Assembly (NCBI RefSeq): GCF_026571515.1
Contig: NW_026863344.1
Location: 1-64,000, forward strand
Source of the DNA: Ruditapes philippinarum
Taxonomy: Eukaryota
Direction: 5' to 3'
Length of the DNA stretch: 64,000 nucleotides
The notes under the pieces are model-generated. The model had not been told where the DNA came from and made no database searches. It worked only from the letters and a program-made list of their open reading frames with translations. Numbering within the stretch: the stretch's first letter is position 1; the number at the start of each line of letters is the position of its first letter. Positions 59,431-64,000 of this stretch are shown here, one piece after another. The translations under genes and the position numbers were made by a program.

Positions 59431-62400
59431 TATTTGTAGTGTTTGTTCATGTCTGCATTGTGTATGTGATTATCTAAGACTTTAATACAATTGGTTTATG
59501 TCTCTGACGAGTACGCGTATTTCGAAACTTGTCTAAAATTTAGTGTTTATTTTAAGAATACAGTCAAAATGACGGAATAGACAAATTAAATTACCTAACA
59601 TATAAAAAAAGTCATGGCTAGACATAAATTTTGAAAAGCACGTTTCAGATTGACATAAAAGTGCAGCAGACGACAATAACAAGTTGGATAACATTGAACT
59701 TGCATTGATATTTCTTATCTAATGACTAAACAATGCAGAAGCGCGCATGTTCCATGACAATATGATGAATATCGCTTTAGTCGGAAGCCTTTGATGTCAT
59801 CGATCTAAAAGCTATTGTTGATATTGTTTCGTGGCAAAGGGGGCGTAGTTTTAGGCCGTTATGTGCGCTATACACGCAATCGTTTTTCGTTTATAATTGT
59901 AGATTTGTATTGTTATAAGCAGTGTTAAATGATGACAAATGTTAAGTAACAATGACAAATCATTATCTATTAGTCAAAGAATGTAATAGAGATTCAGGTT
60001 TTTACTTATTGCACTAAGATTTAACATTCTCTACATTCTTGAACGATTTTTACCCTCTGTCTATATATAATAACTAATCAAAAAGTATGCGCAGTAAGTT
60101 TTTTTTTTATATTTTGAATGTTATTTTCACGTAATTCGTTAAAGGTAATTTAAGTCAATTGCGAGTGGAGTATATGCAATGGTTTGAACTGAATATCATA
60201 TAAATATATTAGTTTGTTACGATAAATGTTTCTCGCATAAATATTTATATCCCTAATCAGTACAATATTGAAGTAAACAAGATAAATACACAGACGGTCT
60301 TATTTTCAAGGACTTTTCGGTTTAAGATGTTTTTGCGGGCTTTACATATTTTGCTGCGCGTGCATATTAAAGGCATTTTGGCAACGGAAAGTTTTGATCT
60401 GCGCACTTTGCACGCCTTTCAGAGGATATGAAAAGTCGGATTAATACGGCATGAGCGTTTTTGTTATTAATTATGAATATTTATTTATCTGTTTCTGGGA
60501 AAGAGCCAAAATTGTTAGGCTATCTAAAAGAAGAAAAAAATGATATTGAAATATAGGGATATTGATTTGTCTGTATTTCTAATCTCTGGAGCATATCTTG
60601 ATGTATTTACAGAATTTTTTAATGAAATACTGCATCCAATGATGTGAGGAAAACCAGCCAGTAGTCTGCAAAATATAGCAACATATTGCGTTTGTCCGCT
60701 TACTGCGCATTTATTGAATGCTATCAACGCATCCAAAATGTATTTGCACTTTTACTCTGAAAGCAACCGTGATATAGATCTATAGTGCGCCAATAATAGA
60801 GATTTAATTAATTAATCGGAACACTTCTACAATTGAAAGATTTTTATGATTACCAAAATGTTCGAGGCAATACGAAAGTACTTTGAACAGCGAATTTGTT
60901 TGAGTTCTGTTTAATTGTGCTAATATTAATTGCGTCGCATGTTCCGTGTAAATGACCTTTAAATTGAACTGTTTAAGAGAAAATTGAAATATATTTCATA
61001 AAAAATCTCACCACCACTTTTCAATACTTAAATGTTACCATAGTTACCTTCCCTGAAGACTTACACTGATCATTTGACAAAGATTGTGTGTACACTCTAT
61101 AACCATTGCCAAATCTACTTCATCTATACTATATATGAATCAGCTTTTTAAATAGAACGTTTTATTTTAAAGATCAAACACGCTGGATTCGCTAAATGTA
61201 ACGAGTCAACTTAAAGTTTTAAATAAATCTATTAATCAATGACTTAACCACAGCAGATAAACGAAATCACTGTACCCTGTCTTGCGAGCCTATAAAATTG
61301 ATTGTTTTGTAGTAGCACGAGGTACGAGTACAAGCACGTGTTACTTCCGATCACTGTACCTTTCTTGGGAGCATATTTATTTTAACTTGAACCTTTCTCG
61401 GGATAACAGGAAGTTGGCTCGTTAATATACCGCTTGCCACACTTCTACGCAACCGTAAAAAATGACAACGGTTCTTTAATTTCTTAAATGATAAAACGTT
61501 CTAGACCAATGCGATGGAATTGATTTTGATAAAGCTTCTATAGTTTCAATATCATGACAAAGGTTTAAAGCCAATCTCAGGAAGTTATAACAATGAAACC
61601 TCTTTTTTATGACAAAGTATATATATCATTTGATTATTTTTAAAATTCACGGTAAGCAAAAAAAAAACAAACATAAAAAACGACGTTTTGCTGAATTTTA
61701 ATACATGTAAATACATATATTTAGTAGGTGTGTTTTTATACGTACTTTACGCGACCAAGCGCGTGCCACATCTCTACGCAACCGCAAAAAATGACAAGAA
61801 TGTAAATTCATTTACATATAATTATTATTTCACCATTAAACAGATTCTGTTTTAACAATCCCTATCCAAATAAGATCCATTTCTGACGTAAGATCAGACT
61901 TGTCTTAATTTATTATGTTTTTCTTAAAAATAACACTCCTTTACTTCTGTAAACACAAAAAAAGTGTTTTTGTTGACTTTATTTGTATAAAAATGAAATA
62001 GCAAGATTGAATTGAAGAAAAAAATGTTGATAAGTATTTTGTTACGAGTCATTCTCACTTACAAGTATGCTTGGCATTATCATTCGATATTAAATTGTCT
62101 GGGAGACTGGATCATGTGACACGCGCGTGTGAAATAATTTCTCTTACCAGTCCTACGCATAAACCCTCCCAGCTTGCTGAATCTCAGTAAGGGCTTATCA
62201 GCTAGTAAATCACTATTAACTGTATATCTCCCATTAACACGTCAACTGAGTTGAGAGTCTTGTCATTATTAATTGGCCCTCTGTATTCTTATCTAATGGC
62301 CCTAACATTGAAGGATCAAATTTCTGAACATACTCTAACTTTTATGATGTTTTTTTCTCTGGGTCTGCGGCCCAAGTGAAATGTGAAAGTTTTAGCAATA

Positions 62401-62812
62401 ATTTGAATTATTTGTAAATATTATACTTAATATCACAAGATAAATTTTAGCTACTAAATGAATTATATGTTAGGATATACCTTTATAAGTGATAATCATC
62501 TTCGTAATTAATAACCTTCCATAGTAAAGTGTCACTGTTCAGTGTTACTCATGTAATTACTGAGTGAACTGCCTACCCACCCCCACACCAATAAAAAACC
62601 GCTAAAAAACAAAAAGAAAACAAAAACATTGTATTTACTGCAATTTTAGTGCAAGACTCTTAACTAAGTGACCAGGTAAGTGATATTTGTATTATTAGCT
62701 CAACTATATCAAATATATGGAGAGCTGTCCTACTCATCATGGCTTGTAAGCCGGAGCCAGCGTACATACTTTAAATTAATGCTTATATGCAGTAAACATT
62801 TTATCTCTAACT

Positions 62813-63552
62813 TTTTTATTAGCTCATCTGAGGATTATGTCCGTGCGTCAAAAATTTCTTTAAACAACTTCTTCTCCTAAACCACGTAGCCAAATTTGTT
62901 GAAACTTTGCAGTAGTGTTCCTTGCATAAGGCTCTACCATGTTCAAAGAATAAAATTCCATGCAGAACTTTGGTTGCCATAGCAACCGAAAAAAAAACTT
63001 ATAAAATGTTCTTTTAAAAAATCCAAAGAGCTAGAGCTTAGATATTTGGCATGAAACATCTTATACTGAGTGTCTATCAAGTTTGTTCAGATCAAATCCC
63101 TGGGGTAAAAATTAGCCCCGTCCCGAAGGGTCATTAATATTTTCCTTATAATATTATTATGTACACATGTATTCCTTATGATCATACACATCATGTGATA
63201 AGGTGTTAAACTCAAAAACCAGTATTTCCAGAACTATATCCCCTTGAACATATAATTTTCCATAAAATAATGTTATTTTTTTCTCTTTCTATTTGACTTA
63301 CACTTCGAATATGTGTTCCTTACCATCAACTACATCATTTGTGACAATGTTGTTAACTCTAGCACCAATATTTTCAAGAATTATCTCCCCATGAACTCAT
63401 TTTTTTCCTAAAAAAAGGTTACCTTTTTACTTACTTCTTTATTTCTTAAGGTATCTACTTCTAACTTAAAAATATATGTTCCTTATACATGTGTGACAAG
63501 ATTCATAACTCTAGCATGAATATTTCCAGAATTATTTCCCCTTTGAACTTAG
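62813..63552 (+). mobile_element. Helentron/HINE-like element 5' part followed by ~148 bp degenerate satellite units
   Basis: TTAGCTCATCTGAG start; unit at 63022-63130 homologous to 1-270; TTCCAGAATTAT.TCCCC.TGAAC recurs at ~63226, ~63372 and ~63523. Confidence 0.6.
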
Positions 63553-63554
63553 AT

Positions 63555-64000
63555 GTTTTTATGCCCCTGAAGGGTGGCATATTAAAATTGAACCGTCCGT
63601 CTGTCTGTCTGTCAGTCCGTCAGGCTTTATACATATAGACAGTGGAGGTAGTGTCCGCTCTGAAACTTCAGTATGCATGAAAGTATTAATTTTTCTTTCA
63701 TATATGAAAAAACCATAAATGTATGGTGAGTCGCGAACAAGACTCGGGTTCCTACGACTAAGGTCAAGGTCACTGTGGGGTTCAAACTTTGTCATTTTTT
63801 ATGTTATATAAATATAGAAGGTGGTGGTCCTGTCCGCTCTAAAAACTTCAGTATGCATGAAAGAATTTTAATTTCTCTTTCATATATTAAACAACCATAA
63901 ATGTATGGTGTGTCACGAACAAGACTCGGGTTCCTACGACTAAGGTCAAGGTCACTGTGGGGGTTCAAACTTTGTCATTTTTATGTTATATAAATATAGA
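63555..64000 (+). mobile_element. HINE/pearl-like element with a (GTCY)n microsatellite and ~180 bp tandem core repeats, running off the window
   Basis: TTTTTATGCCCC...GGGTGGCATATT start, CCGTCCGTCTGTCTGTCTGTC, then two near-identical units (GTCCGCTCT...ACTAAGGTCAAGGTCACTGTGGGG...TATATAAATATAGA). Confidence 0.75.

Overview
AT-rich, intron-containing animal genomic DNA. The repeat families (tRNA-derived SINEs, Helentron/HINE-like elements with internal tandem arrays, TA-flanked MITEs carrying satellites, an RTE-X-like LINE tail) point to a bivalve mollusc, possibly a venerid clam (inference). Six protein-coding genes were reconstructed by hand with consistent GT-AG phases: a head-to-head pair of small heat shock protein genes (8433-11820 minus; 12560-13618 plus) sharing a short intergenic region with a perfect heat shock element; two convergent, inverted GH27 alpha-N-acetylgalactosaminidase (NAGA) paralogs (18214-23502 plus; 41179-46860 minus); a 9-exon, somewhat divergent beta-tubulin between them (26533-33907 minus); and a RING/B-box/coiled-coil/NHL TRIM gene with a single coding exon (51573-53552 minus). 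The most notable structure is a ~35 kb mirror-symmetric block: near-identical ~980 bp hairpin-bearing elements sit in inverted orientation upstream of both NAGA copies. The NAGA exons show very uneven identity (160/162 nt in the exon carrying the acid/base Asp versus ~71% in the last exon), which suggests repeated gene conversion and possibly an invertible segment. There is one assembly gap (36827-36961). No prokaryotic systems or CRISPR arrays are present.
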